The notes beneath the pieces are model-generated. The model was not told the origin of the DNA, made no database searches, and saw only the letters and a program-made list of their open reading frames with translations. 64,000 bases of DNA, from NCBI GenBank assembly GCA_951406725.2, contig OX597833.1, forward strand, positions 14,508,001 through 14,572,000. Reading direction: 5' to 3'. Made by a program: the position numbers and the translations under genes. The DNA is from Octopus vulgaris (taxonomy: Eukaryota). This document shows, in pieces, positions 40,221 to 53,879 of the stretch (position 1 is its first letter; every line of letters starts with the position of its first letter).

Positions 40221-40606
40221 TGGAAGCACTCCGTCGGTTACGACGATGAGTGTTCCGGTTGATCCGAATCAACGGAACAGCCTGCTCGTGAAATTAACGT
40301 GTAAGTGGCTAAGCACTCCACAGACACGTGTACCCTTAACGTAGTTCTCGGGGATATTCAGCGTGACACAGAGAGTGACAAGGCCGGCCCCTTGAAATAC
40401 AGGTACAACAGAAACAGAAAGTAAGTGTGAGAGAGAAAGTTGTGGTGAAAGAGTACAGCAGGGATCACCACCACCCCCTGCCGGAGCCTCGTGGAGCTTT
40501 AGGTGTTTTCGCTCAATAAACACTCACAACGCCCGGTCTGGGAATCGAAACCGCGATCCTACGACCGAGAGTCCGCTGCCCTAACCACTGGGCCATTGCG
40601 CCTCCA
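40221..40606 (-). mobile_element. SINE family B, tail 1
   Basis: Full length; TSD cttcccagtact. Confidence 0.9.
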
Positions 40607-41039
40607 CTTCCCAGTACTATGGTATCATTCAATAATGTTTGTACCACCGTTGTGTACTGGTGCATTTAAGTCTGGAAAAATTTAATATTAAATATGTGGC
40701 CCTTAACAAAGACGTGGGTGTCGAATATCAATACGATCCTTGCGACCTTCTAGCTTCAACTAAGTGAAACCTCCCTTGCTTCAGTGTTCATACAGTACCA
40801 TTCAATACGAGTTTTCTTGTAAGCTATCGTTCATACTGTTTATCAGTCTTATGTCGCATTCAGGGTTGTTTGTTTAATATACGTCTTTTTGATTTAACTA
40901 TAAGAATGTGTTTACAAGAAGAGTGTCTGTAAAATGTCATGTAATCGTTCAATGTTCTTGGAAAAGATCTGTAGTAGGGCAGCAGGTGTGTTTTTTATTT
41001 AAATATGATAATTAACTCTGTTCCAACGTTATCTCAGTA

Positions 41040-41356
41040 ATTTATTTATTTATGCGCCCTTTTCAAGCCTAGCCAGGCTCATGGGCTAGGTTTCCCGGTT
41101 TCTGTGGCATATGTGTTCCACCCAGCTAGACGAGATGCCAGTCCATCGCAGCGTTACTCAAGAAACAGGAAGAAAGAGTGAGAGAGAGTTGGGGTGAAAG
41201 AGTACAACAAGGGTCGCCACCACATCCTGCCGGAGTATCGTGGAGCTTTTAGGTGTTTTCGCTCTATAAACACCCACAACGTCCGGTCTGGGAATCGAAA
41301 TCGCGATCTTCCGACCGCAATTCCGCTGCCCTAACCACTGGGCCATTGCGCTTCCA
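41040..41356 (-). mobile_element. SINE family B head with V-like domain and tail 3
   Basis: Family B head, ctgcgatggactggc, tail aaaagggcgcataaataaat. Confidence 0.85.
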
Positions 41357-42045
41357 CATCTCAGTAATACATACGATGAAATACTTTCGTGAGTCAAATA
41401 TTTCTGCGGATGTACTTGTGGCTTATTTGATGCAATGAGGCTTCCGGCACATCCACGTGGATATACTTTACGTTTTATTTTTCTAAAATGCATCGTACAG
41501 GTTTTCATAGATGGCGTTGGGATGCCCTACGTCACACAGAAAAGCAGATACCAATCAATTTTCAAATGTATGTTCTTCGTATATAATTGGGGCCCAGTAT
41601 ATTCTTCGTCCACAGAAACGACCCAGAAGCGTGTGGACCGATTCCGCAAACATTTATGAAAACGAATACATTCTCAATATATATTTATGACTTTAAATAT
41701 TTTATTCATATCAGCAATCAGCAGAGAGATGTACAAAGGCATTACCTGAAATTGTTTGAAAACATCTCAATTGTATATAAGCTTAAATCTGACAGTTTAA
41801 TGGGTGACTAAGTTTTCAAAAGTCATTTGGAAATTCAGAAAAATTATTTAACGAAATTAAATAAAGATACAATTTAACACTGTACGAGAATTGGCTCTAT
41901 TTATCAGCAACTAGAATTCGCTAGAATACTGACTCTAAAAGATAATCTGATTCGCATGATTGAACGAGCTTTGCTACCTAATAAGGATTATCAAAAAGGG
42001 ATGTGACACATGAGGTAATTCACCGTCATGGAAATAGTGACACAT

Positions 42046-42432
42046 AGGCGCAGGAGTGACTGTGTGGTAAGTAGCTTGTTTACCAACCACATGGTTCCGG
42101 GTTCAGTCCCACTGCATGGCACCCACCTTGCCAACCAAAGCATTGTGAGTGGATTTGGTAGACGGAAACTGAAAGAAGCCTGTCGTATATATGTATATAT
42201 ATATATATATATGCGTGTGTGTGTTTGTCCCCCTAGCATTGCTTGACAACCGATGCTGGTGTGTTTATGTCCCCGTTACTTAGCGGTTCGGCAAAAACAG
42301 ACCGATAGAATAAGTACTGGGCTTACAAAGAATAAGTCCCGGGGTCGATTTGCTCGATTAAAAGGCGGTGCTCCAGCATTGCCGCAGTCAAACGACTGAA
42401 ACAAGTAAAAGAGTAAAAGAGTAAAGAGTAAA
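42046..42432 (+). mobile_element. SINE family A
   Basis: Family match with internal deletion. Confidence 0.9.
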
Positions 42433-42786
42433 TACAAATACCAAAGTTTGCCTAAACTCATTGAGAAGTCTTTTCTTCCATTTGTTCATCTGTCTAGATG
42501 TTTACTTGTCTTTTATCCCTCTCGCTCATTCCCTTCCTCTGTCTCTCAATCACTTTCTTTCTATCTCTTTCTTTCTCACTCTCTCTCTTTCTATTTTTAT
42601 ATGTATTTGCACGTACGTGTGCCTGTGTGTGTAGCCGCAACTGATGCATCTTGTAACCCCTTAAACAGTTGCAGCTTTTAAGACCGTTTATTGTAGAAAT
42701 GAGATCATTAGATAAAACTTAGTGATCATTCAATCAATGTTTCATTGCCTGTAGATATAATCATGTATTAAAAGTATTAAAAACAG

Positions 42787-42819
<33 letters not shown>

Positions 42820-42824
<5 letters not shown>

Positions 42825-43106
42825 CGTGATCACCGTGACCGACTTGGCTATCAGATGTTGCTACACATCGCTGGTCACAATGCGCTTCACATTGTTTTAG
42901 CCTTCAAATGACGCCACCCCGCTGGCTAAGCGAGCAGGCCAACGGAAGAAAGAGTGAGAGAAAGTTGTGGCGAAAGAGGACACCCCCTGCCGGAGCCTCG
43001 TGGAACTTTTAGGTGTTTTCGCTAAATAAACACTCATAACGGCCGGTCTATGAATAGAAACCGCGATCCTATAACCGTGAGTCGGCTTCCCTAATTACTG
43101 GGCCAT
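42820..43106 (-). mobile_element. SINE family B head with tail 2
   Basis: Matches 8822-9129; (TA)n on both sides. Confidence 0.85.
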
Positions 43107-43464
43107 ATATATATATATTCTAAAGTATATATTCATGTATACATGCTTAGATGTATACATACATACGTGTGAGTGTGTGTTACGATACGCCTGTAATGTT
43201 GACTGTTCAAGAAGTAGTTTTATTCAGATACATGTAAGAAATAAATCTACTTCGTATTTAAATATGCTCAGAATATAGACCACGGGCTAACCTGTAGTAA
43301 TTAACGAAGGGAAACTTTTGTTAGATATAAAAACGTAGATTCGCCATAAATAATCAATTGGGCCGTTATTGAATATATGTTTAATACGAGACGCTATGAG
43401 CTCTGGTGATTTATGGATTAAAACTTTATTGAACGAATTGTGTGTTTATGCGTACGTGTGCATG

Positions 43465-43771
43465 TTGTTTGTTTGTTCCTTCTCGAGCCATGCCTGGCTC
43501 ATAAGGGCCGGTTTCCAGGTTTCTTGGCGTATAGCTTCCCCACCTGGACGGGACGACGGTCCGTCGCAGGTGAGCTGCAAGATGTAGAAGGAAAGAGTGA
43601 GAGAAAGTTATGACGAAAGAGTCAGCAGAAGTTCGCCATTACCTACTGGCCGGAGAAGCGTGGGGATTAAGTGTTTCGCTCATAAACACACACATCGCCC
43701 GGTCTGAGATTAGAACCCGCGATCGCTAGACCGCGAGTCCGCTGCTCTAACCACAAGGCCATGTGCCTCCA
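43465..43771 (-). mobile_element. SINE family D
   Basis: Matches 21002-21306; flanking repeat acgtgtgcatgt. Confidence 0.85.
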
Positions 43772-43802
43772 CACGTGTGCATGTGTGTGTGTGTGTGTGT
43801 GA

Positions 43803-43891
<89 letters not shown>

Positions 43892-44230
43892 CGTTGAGGT
43901 GATACTTTAATCTATATGCAATTTTAGTTAATAATCTCCAGATATCAAAAATTATGATAATGTTAGTTTATGATTGATACTATTGCCAAATTGTCAATGA
44001 GTTGTATTACAGTCCAGACATTTTAAAGAAATATATTATAAAATTTGTTGTTTCATTTTATGCATAGAGATTAATTGCAGTTATAAAATCGTGAAAAGAA
44101 AAAAAAATATTATTCAGGTGATAATAAGAGTTTTGCGTAAGATTAATATCATTTAATAATCTAATATGAATTAATCAACGTTCTAAGTTACATTTCATAG
44201 CAGTACACGTCAGAATTAGTATAGAATACT

Positions 44231-44669
44231 AATTCTACTATATGGCTCAGAACCAATTCTACTATATGGCTCAGAAACCTAGACGTTATCAAAGAAGCTT
44301 GAGAGGCTGTTGGATGGAACCTACACTCGCCTCCTTATGAGAGCTCAAAATCTCTCGTGGAAGCGCCATCCAACCAAAATGCAAATATATGGGAAACTAC
44401 CACCTGTGTCATCTCTTGTGAAAGGTAGGAGAGTCCAGTTTGCTGGACATTGTTGTAGAGCTGAAAAAGAAGTAATTTCTACTCTTCTCCTCTGGAAGCC
44501 ATCTACTCGCAATACCAGAGGGCGCACACTCTCCTACCCTGATGTAATCTCCAGGGATACAGGCATCCAGCAACAGGACCTCCGTAATGCCATGATGGAC
44601 CATGAAGTCTGGCGTAGCATGGTAAATTCCATTGTCTCGACCACGGTCGAACAATGATGATGATGAATG
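44231..44669 (+). mobile_element. 5'-truncated RTE-type LINE
   Basis: ILLYGSET*TL..LDGTYTRLL..VQFAGHC.R..LLLWKP..RGR..WR; (TGA)n tail; TSD atagaatac; 22-bp duplication at the 5' junction. Confidence 0.9.
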
Positions 44670-44839
44670 ATAGAATACATTTCATTACTTCCATGCTGAA
44701 ATAAATAAAAGATTTAAATTTATTGAACTTGAAATTAAAACGCAACTATGGAGAAAGAGAGCTATCAATTTTTCAGCAAAAATGTTGCTTAAGGTTATCC
44801 TACTAAAGATAATAGGATTTTAAATGTAACAAACAAATA

Positions 44840-44963
44840 CAAGGGGTAAACGAAAAGTCTTGAGCCTCAGAAAAACAAAACATGGTACAAGTCTTCTGAT
44901 GAAGGTACAAGACTCCGAGGCTCAACGGCCTTGAAGGCTCAAAACTTTTTATACACCCCTCAT
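44840..44963. mobile_element. Short mariner-type MITE
   Basis: Imperfect TIRs aggggt..aaaagtcttgagcct / aggctcaaaacttttt..acccct, flanked by TA. Confidence 0.65.
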
Positions 44964-45040
44964 ATTAAGATCGTGTTCTAGACTCTAAATGTTACATATA
45001 ACTAACAGTACAAGTGTTTCCTATGGTAAACTAGGACCAG

Positions 45041-45112
<72 letters not shown>

Positions 45113-45170
45113 AATCTAACAATCAATCTATCTATCTATCTATCTATCTATCTCTCTATCTATCTCTCTA

Positions 45171-45266
<96 letters not shown>

Positions 45267-45444
45267 AATCTATCTATCTGTGTAACTATGATGGACTCGC
45301 CCGTCGTTAAACGACTTGTGAGGGTTCGACAATTTATCAAACAACCACGTAAATATATATATATATATTTATTTATTATATTTATGCATGCACACACCCA
45401 CACACACTCAAACACAATATATATATATATATATATACATATTT

Positions 45445-45608
45445 ATGACAGGCTTCTTTCAGTTTCTGTCTACCAAACCCATTCACAAGGCTTTCGTCGG
45501 CTCGAGGCTATAGTAGAAGACACCTGCTCAAGGTGGCACGCAGTGGGACTGAACCCGGAACCATGTGGTTGGTAAGCAAGTCACTTACCACACAGCCACT
45601 CCTGCGCC
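45445..45608 (-). mobile_element. SINE family A, 5' half
   Basis: Reverse complement of family A. Confidence 0.85.
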
Positions 45609-45617
45609 TTGATGTAT

Positions 45618-45685
<68 letters not shown>

Positions 45686-45706
45686 ATATATATATATACA
45701 TATACA

Positions 45707-45771
<65 letters not shown>

Positions 45772-46319
45772 CATATATATATACACACGCACACATATAT
45801 ACATACATACATACATACATACATACATACATACATACATACATACATACATACACAAGTATATGTGTGTATATATGTGCGTGTATCAGGAATTATCTTG
45901 AATTATATTCAGTTTCAAGAAGATTAATATCTGTAGTGATTTATTATATTAAGCGAAATAAGACCACAACGATAACGGTAAAACAACAGACATTAAACTT
46001 ATCCTGACTGAATAGTAAATCACAGTATTTATTATTTTGCTTCAGGATAAGTTATTAAATAGATTATGTGATTATCCGTCAAGAATAACGTAGTTTAAAA
46101 AATAATATACTTCTACTGTGCGTAGAACGTGATGTATCTATATGATGTAACTGTATCAAATCGTAAGGGGTAAATTCAGCATATTTTATTGAAAATAGAT
46201 TGATATAATAGTAATACGAGAGTATATCGAGAATATATACACTTTTTAATGCAGTTTATTAAAACAATATCACGAGTTAAACAATCATGTAATTCTATAT
46301 GATTTCTATATATAAAGGT

Positions 46320-46545
46320 GTGGAGGTTCAATGGCCCAGTGGTTAGGGCAGCGGACTCGCGGTCGGAGGATCGCGGTTTCGATTCCCAGAATCGTTGTGT
46401 GTGTTTATTGAGCGAAAGCACATAAAAGCTCCACTAGGCTCCGGCAGGGGGGTGGGGGTGGCGACCCCTGTTGTACTCTTTCACCCCAACTTTCTCTCAT
46501 TCTCTCTTCCCGTTTCTTGAGTAAGGTTGCGATGGACTGGCGTCA
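46320..46545 (+). mobile_element. SINE family B head with V-like domain, 3'-truncated
   Basis: Family B head; ends at gcgatggactggcgtc. Confidence 0.8.
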
Positions 46546-47089
46546 ATGATAGTCAAAAGAGGCAAGACTGGACTATATGCAGGATATCCCAGCAACTCGA
46601 AACTCAATCTTTCAATGGTTTCAATGTGGGCGCGTATTCCCGTGCAACAATAACACTTGCTTTGGCAATACACATCGCTGAATTTCCTACTTCAGTTTGT
46701 TTACTAGCATTTCACTGTAGCTTAAACTGGTGACTGTAGATAACTTTTCCAGATAGTACACCAGTACAGGTCTTTTGGAGTTCCATAAAATAATTAGCCT
46801 CACATTTCCTGCAGAAGGCTCGGTCTTGAGTTCCTTTTTTGCGGGGTGATTCTAGGCTCTATACTCTGCTTTTGGAATTCTAGCTCAAAGTGGTGAACTA
46901 AGTTTGGTATCTGGGGAATGCAAGAAAAGTAAGTCAAGGTCTTTTTTTTAATGTTCACAATGAAGGGCGCCTATACTTCAAGAATGTTTTTTTTCTGTTT
47001 GAAATAAGTAGTAAATTATTAAAGAGCATACATTAATTATTAAGTGTATCGAAATTAACCTAGAATATAATTAAAATACTATGTGAAAT

Positions 47090-48225
47090 TGCATTTCAAA
47101 ACACGACACGTAGAGCGATCATTATTTTCAGAACAAACTAATAGAAATATCTCGAGTTTTAAAATTTGCCAGATCTTTCGTTTACATAGTTTGTAAGGCG
47201 CTAGAGACTGAAGATGGAAAAGGTTTCCCCAATATCAAAGCATGAAAAGCATTCTAAACGCTCTGAAATCACCAGAACACCTGAATTTATCCAGCAAGTT
47301 CAACAAACCATTGATTACAATGCCAGAAAGTCCATGAGGTAAATTGCAAAAGATCTCCATGTGCCAGTAGGAACATTCAGAAATGTTGTCCACGAAGATA
47401 TCAGTTATAAATCTTATATGATGAGGAAAGGTTTGTTTGTCCGAAAAAGCAAAAGAAAATCACTACATCAGATCTAAAAGACACTTAAACAAACTGAAAA
47501 ATCCAGCAGAAATTGATTTTGTTTTGCTCAAGTGCGAAAAATATTCGACCAAGATCAAAAAGTTGACAGAAAAAATGACAGGTGCTTGTGTGCAGAGACT
47601 TCTGAAGTTCCAAGTGTTGTGCACACAAAAGTTCCTGCAACTGTCATGGTTTTAGGAGTTGGCAGTAATGAAGGATATGTGATGCCTCCTTACTACTTAC
47701 CACAAGGTCTTAGAGTTGACTCTGCCACCTACCTTGAGGTCCTGGAAAATAATTGCTAATCCCCGGATAGACAGTGTATGCAATGGAAGGCCATATGTGT
47801 TTCAGTAAGACTCTGCACTATCACATATAGCTCTAGTAACACAGGAATGGATGGCTGAATGGATGATCACATAGCTGCTAAAATTTTGCCTCCTAATTCC
47901 CCAGATCTCAATCCATTGGACTATTACACGTAGAGCGTTGTTGAGAGAGAGGTCAAAGAACACGCCCAGAGTACGAAAGATTCTATGAAATGTTCCATAT
48001 TCAGAGTAATTTCTAAAAGGAATTAGGGCCACTTGATTCGAGCATGTAGATGATTTAGATCTCATACAGAAGCAGTTGTTGAAACTGAAGGTGGCTTTAT
48101 TGAATAACATTATAGAAAAGAAGGTTTATTTTTATCCTCATAGTATTTTTAATAAATACAGTTATTATATATCTGTTTTTTTTTAATAAACATAAACCGC
48201 TCCTCAAATATCTTGCGTATTCTGC
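47090..48225 (+). pseudogene. DD37D (maT-type) Tc1/mariner transposase pseudogene
   Basis: RTPEFIQQV..KSMR*IAKDLHV..VHEDISYKSY; KIFDQDQK..RKNDR..TKVPATVMVLGVGSNEGYVMPP; PYVFQ*DSA.SH; PPNSPDLNPLDYY; RAC..FR...EAVVETEGGFIE*. Confidence 0.9.
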
Positions 48226-48614
48226 ATTTAATCAATTGTAGTTAAAAACATAGAATTTCTGATCATAGCTAATCGTGTATAGCACCATAAGTGTTCGTCA
48301 GTATAACTGCAAAATTTATTTGTGTAGTACGAAGATATATCGATTTGGTGGGATTAATCATCTATTAAAAAACATATCTTTCATGATATACAATAATAAA
48401 TATAACCATATAATTTTTGCATTTATTGTAACTGAATGGAATAAACAGGAACATATTGAATAATTATATTTCCAGAAAATTTATGCTTACGAATATTCTA
48501 TAATTAGAATAGTATAGATAACTAAAATTAATTTTGCTTGCTAACAAAAATGATTATCTACAGAACCAATATTATACAATGATGTGCTCATAAAATATTT
48601 AAAAAAACAAACAG

Positions 48615-48670
<56 letters not shown>

Positions 48671-48828
48671 TAAATTAGAGATAAAACCACTATTAGGCAA
48701 ATCAAACAGTGAAAAACATAAACCAAAACATAGAAATAAAAATAATTAATATAATATACAAAATATATAAAATACAAAATTTAAAATTTAAATTATTTAA
48801 ATTTAAAGTTAAAAATTTAAAATTATTA

Positions 48829-48873
<45 letters not shown>

Positions 48874-48986
48874 ATTTTTATTTTTTTAATATTTATTTAT
48901 TTATTTAATAATTATAAAAAGTATATATAACTATCAAAAAGTATTAAGAGTTTAATATAAGATAAAAACTATATATATATATATAT

Positions 48987-49385
48987 TTCTTTCTTGGCCA
49001 CAGGGGGGCTAAACATAGAGGGGACAAACAAGGACACACGAAAGGATTAAATCAATTACATCGACCCCAGTGCGCAACTTCTACTTGTTTAATCGACCCC
49101 CGAAAGGATGAAAGGCAAAGTCGACCTCGGCGGAAATTGAACTCAGAGCACAAAGACAGACGAAATGCCTTTTTCTTGAACTCAGACGAAATGCCTTTTC
49201 TTGAACTCAGACGTAATACCTGTTTCTTTACTACCCACAGTGCGTAACTGGTACTTATTTAATCGACCCCGAAAGGATGAAAGGCAAAGTCGACCTCGGC
49301 GGAATTTGAACTCAGAACGTAGCGGCAGATGAATTACCGCTAAGCATTATGGCCGGTGTGCTAACGTTTCTGCCAGCTCGGCGCC
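48987..49385 (-). mobile_element. Family C SINE dimer
   Basis: Two bodies and one head; internal 21-bp tandem duplication. Confidence 0.85.
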
Positions 49386-49512
49386 TTTATACATAGAAAA
49401 GTACAATTGCCGTTATTAATAGTATTAATATGGAAATAATAACGTGGCTAGGAAGTTCACACCGTTACAGGCGCAGTATAAGGTAAATTTAGATTCAGTA
49501 GGGTATATAATA

Positions 49513-49690
49513 AAATAAATGCGCCCTTTTAAAACGTAGCCAGACTCATGGGCCCGGTTTCCCGGTTTCAATGGCGTATGTGTTCCGCAGCTGGACGGGA
49601 CGTCAGTACATCGCAGAGTTACTCATTTTTGCCAGCTGAGTGGACTAGAGCAACGTGAAATGAAGTGTTTTGCTCAAGAACATAACGCAT
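49513..49690 (-). mobile_element. SINE family E, 5'-truncated
   Basis: Matches 24730-24985. Confidence 0.8.
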
Positions 49691-49977
49691 CGAGCCTTAT
49701 GCCTAGAATTGAAATGAATATATTTAGAGGATAGAAGGTTCTATCTTTGCAAAGATCACGGTAGGGAATATTTCAATGATCAGGAATAATTCTCTTTTCT
49801 TCTGGAGTACCTCACGAACCTAATAGAGACTGAGGCACTGCTAATTTAACTGCCACTATCCTTTCGTTCCTCACTATTTAAGCAGATGGATGCAGACGCG
49901 TCTGATATGTTCAAGTTCCAACGAAACTGTAAATTGCGTGAAACTGAGTCAAACGCTTATTAAATTATATATATATA

Positions 49978-50085
49978 TAATCAAAATAAGCAACAAGGAT
50001 ATCCAGAGGTATATTATCAAAATAAGCAACAAGGATATATATATAATCAAAATAAGCAACAAGGATATCCAGAGGTATATTATAT
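49978..50085 (+). repeat. Short tandem repeat, three copies
   Basis: atcaaaataagcaacaaggatat(ccagaggtatatt) x3. Confidence 0.9.
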
Positions 50086-50199
50086 AGATAATACCATACT
50101 AAATTCTGGTGTCTTTAACTTAAGTACGATATTCAACTGAATCTACATTTTTACTGAACTTATACACACATATATATATGTGTGTGTGTGTGTGTATGT

Positions 50200-50243
<44 letters not shown>

Positions 50244-50488
50244 ATTTGTATATTAAGGCTACCATTTGTTTCATGTTAAGAACATATCTTAATACCGTAA
50301 CAGATCTTCAAGCGGATCTCATGGGGAAATGGAGTTCGTCTACATTTTGGATGACGAATACCATTTCTCCATCTGATCAGCTTGAACAATTGTTAAGCCA
50401 TTAAGATATTTTATCAACAAGAAACCAATGGTAGACATAGTACACAAATACATAAATTTTAAGCAACGATACAGTATTGAACATTGTT

Positions 50489-50532
<44 letters not shown>

Positions 50533-51035
50533 GCATACATACACAGCCCCCCTCCCACATATATATATGATATATATCTAACATACAAGATAAAGTCCTC
50601 ATGTTTTGAAATTGTCTTGTCTTCCCGACAATACAACGTAAACAGAAGCCCCTTATCTCGAGTGAATTTAACCGTGATCCTTCTACATAACACTTAATTT
50701 GTCTATCTTCCGCATATAATCTCTATGGTGTAGTTGATTAATTGAAAAATTTAATGGTGTGAAACTAAACTTTATTTCTCCTACATTCCGTCACTTTCCC
50801 TGCAATGCCTATGGCCGGAGTGAAAATGAATACTTGACCGCACAATTTGTAACTTACAATTTATCATCAAACCTCTATACAATTCCAAAGGTCAGCCAGC
50901 ATATAAACATTAATAACTGCCCATCAACCCTTCCGATATTACTCTCCGATAAGACTTAATATTCCCCTCTCCCTTGCCTTTTCTTTTCTTGCCTTCTTTT
51001 CCCATTAACTATTTACCGTGCTTACTCAAATTTTC

Positions 51036-51489
51036 AACGGATTTTCTCAAATATTCTGAACAATTGGTCACCAATACCACACCTGAATATTAGAAACCAT
51101 TATCATTGCCCTTTTAGCTCAGGTGTTTTTTAGAACACCTAGAATCTTGCATGAGTAGAGGGCTTGCTACTTGTACCCCAAGACACAATACTATTTCTCC
51201 TCTTCAAGTATCTAGTACTTGTCTGATAATCTTAGCTGTACATTATTTACATTATTTACATCAACGGATTTTCTCAAATATTCTGAACAATTGGTCACCA
51301 ATGCCACAGCTGAATATTAGAAACCATTATCATTGCCCTTTTAGCTCAGGTGTTTTTTAGAACACCTAGAATCTTGCATGAGTAGAGGGCTTGCTATTTG
51401 TAGCCTACGGCACAATGCTATTTCTCCTCTTCAAGTATCTAGTTCTTGTCTGATAATCCTAGCTGTACATTATTTACATTATTTACATT
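51036..51489 (+). repeat. ~227-bp tandem duplication
   Basis: 51036-51262 matches 51263-51489. Confidence 0.95.
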
Positions 51490-52141
51490 TGACGGATATT
51501 TGTCCTTATCTTGTTTGTTGTTAACACAACGTTTCCGCTGATATACCCTCGGGCCTTTATCAGGTGTCTTGGGCAAATGTCGAACCTGGGTTCTCATTCC
51601 CAAGGTATTTTTCAATGTTATTATTACTATTATTGTGGAGGCGCAATGGCCCAGTGGTTAGGGCAGCGGGCTCGCGGTCGTAGGATCGCGGTTTCGATTC
51701 CCAGACCAGGCATTGTGAGTGTTTATTGAGCGAAAACACCTAAAAGCTCCACGAGGCTCCGACAGGGGATGGTGGTGAACCCTGCTGTACTCTTTCACCA
51801 CAACTTTCTCTCACTCTTACTTCCTGTTTCTGTTGTACCTGTATTTCAAAGGGCCGGCCTTGTCACTCTCTGTGTCACCGAGAACTACGTTAAGGGTACA
51901 CGTGTCTGTGGAGTGCTCAGCCACTTGCACGTTAATTTCATGAGCAAGCTGTTCCGTTGATCGTATCAGCTGGGACCCTCATCGTCGCAACCGACGGAGT
52001 GCTCCTACTATTATTATTATTATTATTATCATTATTATCATTATTATTATTATTAGTAAGGTCACTGCCTGGAATCGAGCTCGGCATCTTGGGGGTGATT
52101 AGTAGCCCGCGCTCTTAACCATTTCGCCATATGCCCGTGGG
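51466..52141 (-). mobile_element. Composite tRNA-head/(AAT)n/hammerhead element, copy 2, split by a SINE
   Basis: Head at 52058-52141; hammerhead-like ACAC-CTGATAAA-GGCCC..CAGCG-GAAACGTT-GTGT at 51524-51567; same tail as copy 1. Confidence 0.8.
51636..52006 (+). mobile_element. SINE family B, tail 1, nested
   Basis: Family match inside the (ATT)n tract. Confidence 0.9.
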
Positions 52142-52396
52142 TTTTTTCTTTTTTTTTAAATGGTTTTTATACAGGATTGTATGACAAAAAATTAAATATT
52201 TCCTTCCTTTCACCTTCCTCTTTTTTTTATTTGTTTTGTGAATGATTTTATAATGGTCAATAAAATAAAGGAATATAAATAATATCTTTTTTAATGCCGG
52301 CAGAAAAATATATAAATAAAAAAACCACACCCAAAATTTATTTCATCTTGGTGGTGGAATAAGCAGTGAAATATCTTGAAAATAAGGAAGAAAAAG

Positions 52397-52570
52397 TATA
52401 TGGCGTAGTGGTTAAGAGCGCGAGCTACTAATCCCAAAATTCCGCGATCGATTCCAGGCAGTGACCTGAATAATAATACTAATAATAATAATAATAGAAA
52501 AAATAATAATAACAACCTCTAAAAATGCCTTAGGAATGAGAACCCTTGTTCGAAATCTGCCAACATCTAC
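52397..52570 (+). mobile_element. Composite tRNA-head/(AAT)n element, copy 3, truncated before the hammerhead
   Basis: tggcgtagtggttaagagcgcgagctactaa..tcgattccaggcagtgacctga(aat)n..ccttaggaatgagaaccc. Confidence 0.8.
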
Positions 52571-52760
52571 CCGCAGATAAAAATTACTGTAGGTTATCAG
52601 CAATTTTCTTATTTGCTTTTTGTTTCTTTTCTATCTACTTCCTCAACGTTTTTTCCTTTGCATATTTATTTCGGCACTGCACTTAAAGATTGGTAAGAAT
52701 TTTGAATGTTTTGCAGTGAGGATATTTACACCACTAATTTTGGATTTTAATATTTTCCTA

Positions 52761-53076
52761 GAATGGTTGTATACTGTCAATCTAACAAGAACGTGACAGT
52801 AGGGGGTACACCACCGCTGTATAGCCCTAGGAAGCATCGAACGCCTCCTGATGGCTTTGACACATTTTTCCCTGTGTCCTTATATACATATACGAAGGGG
52901 AGACAAACACCCCCGGCCGCCGGAACTGCATCTAGGGACACCGTGTTTCAGGATCGTTGTCCGAGGGAAAAATGTGTCAAAGCCATCAGGAGACGTTCGA
53001 TGCTTCCTAGGGCTATACAGCGGTGGTGTACCCCCTACTGTCACGTTCTTGTTAGATTGACAGTATACAACCATTC
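52761..53076. mobile_element. Young MITE with 113-bp TIRs
   Basis: 52761-52873 and 52964-53076 are reverse complements with one mismatch; TA on both flanks. Confidence 0.92.
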
Positions 53077-53879
53077 TATCGCCCCACCACCGTACATGTC
53101 TCTACGAGAGATTTAGAAATTCAATATTTCTTATAATATTTTCCTAATCCTTCAGAAATATTGTGTTCTACTTTCACTTTCAATGCTTTATCCTTTACAC
53201 TGTCAGCTTTCACGACGTCCATATATTCATTCCTACCCATTATCCCCGCCGAGCTTCCGTATCTCACCCGGTGAACATATTCAATCATTTATTCCTTCAC
53301 TTTTATGGTATTTCTTTTTCCTCCTTAACAAAGATTCCACACTTAGAAATGCCATATTCATTTCTGACGTCACTGATAAACACACTCACGGAATTGACAA
53401 TGATCGGAGATTCCTTTCAATTCTTACCGTAGAACTGAAGTCATCTACCGTTTGTAAATAGATATTACGTTAGGTATAAACATGCACACATTTTAAACGT
53501 TGACATTTAATTCGAACTTTCCTCAAGTAATCGTATCCAACTGCCGTGAAGAGCAAATGTTTGTCACAATCAAACATGATAGAAATATCAATAATGGTGG
53601 CACTTGATAGAAATGATCGGGTGGAATAATTATTTAATATAATAATGAAGAACAAATAAGATTTGCTTAAGGCTGTTTGCGTTTAAAATATTATTAATGA
53701 GATTACATACACAGTATGAACAATTTGTGTAGGGCAGTTAAATGTCCATGAAATTGTTCGTATTAATATAATACTAGTATATAATTAAACTTTTAGAAAT
53801 ATCTAAATTAGAAAATGAGCAAATTTTATCCACGATACTTCCTTAAAGCTAGCTGTGAGGCGAGAGACTTCTTTTACAG

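Noticed and set aside
44310-44657. 115-aa ORF as a host gene
   Set aside because: It is the C-terminus of a truncated RTE LINE with tail and TSD.
52397-52465. tRNA-like sequences read as tRNA genes
   Set aside because: Only box A/B and a partial anticodon arm; no closed acceptor stem or terminator; they continue into repeat bodies.
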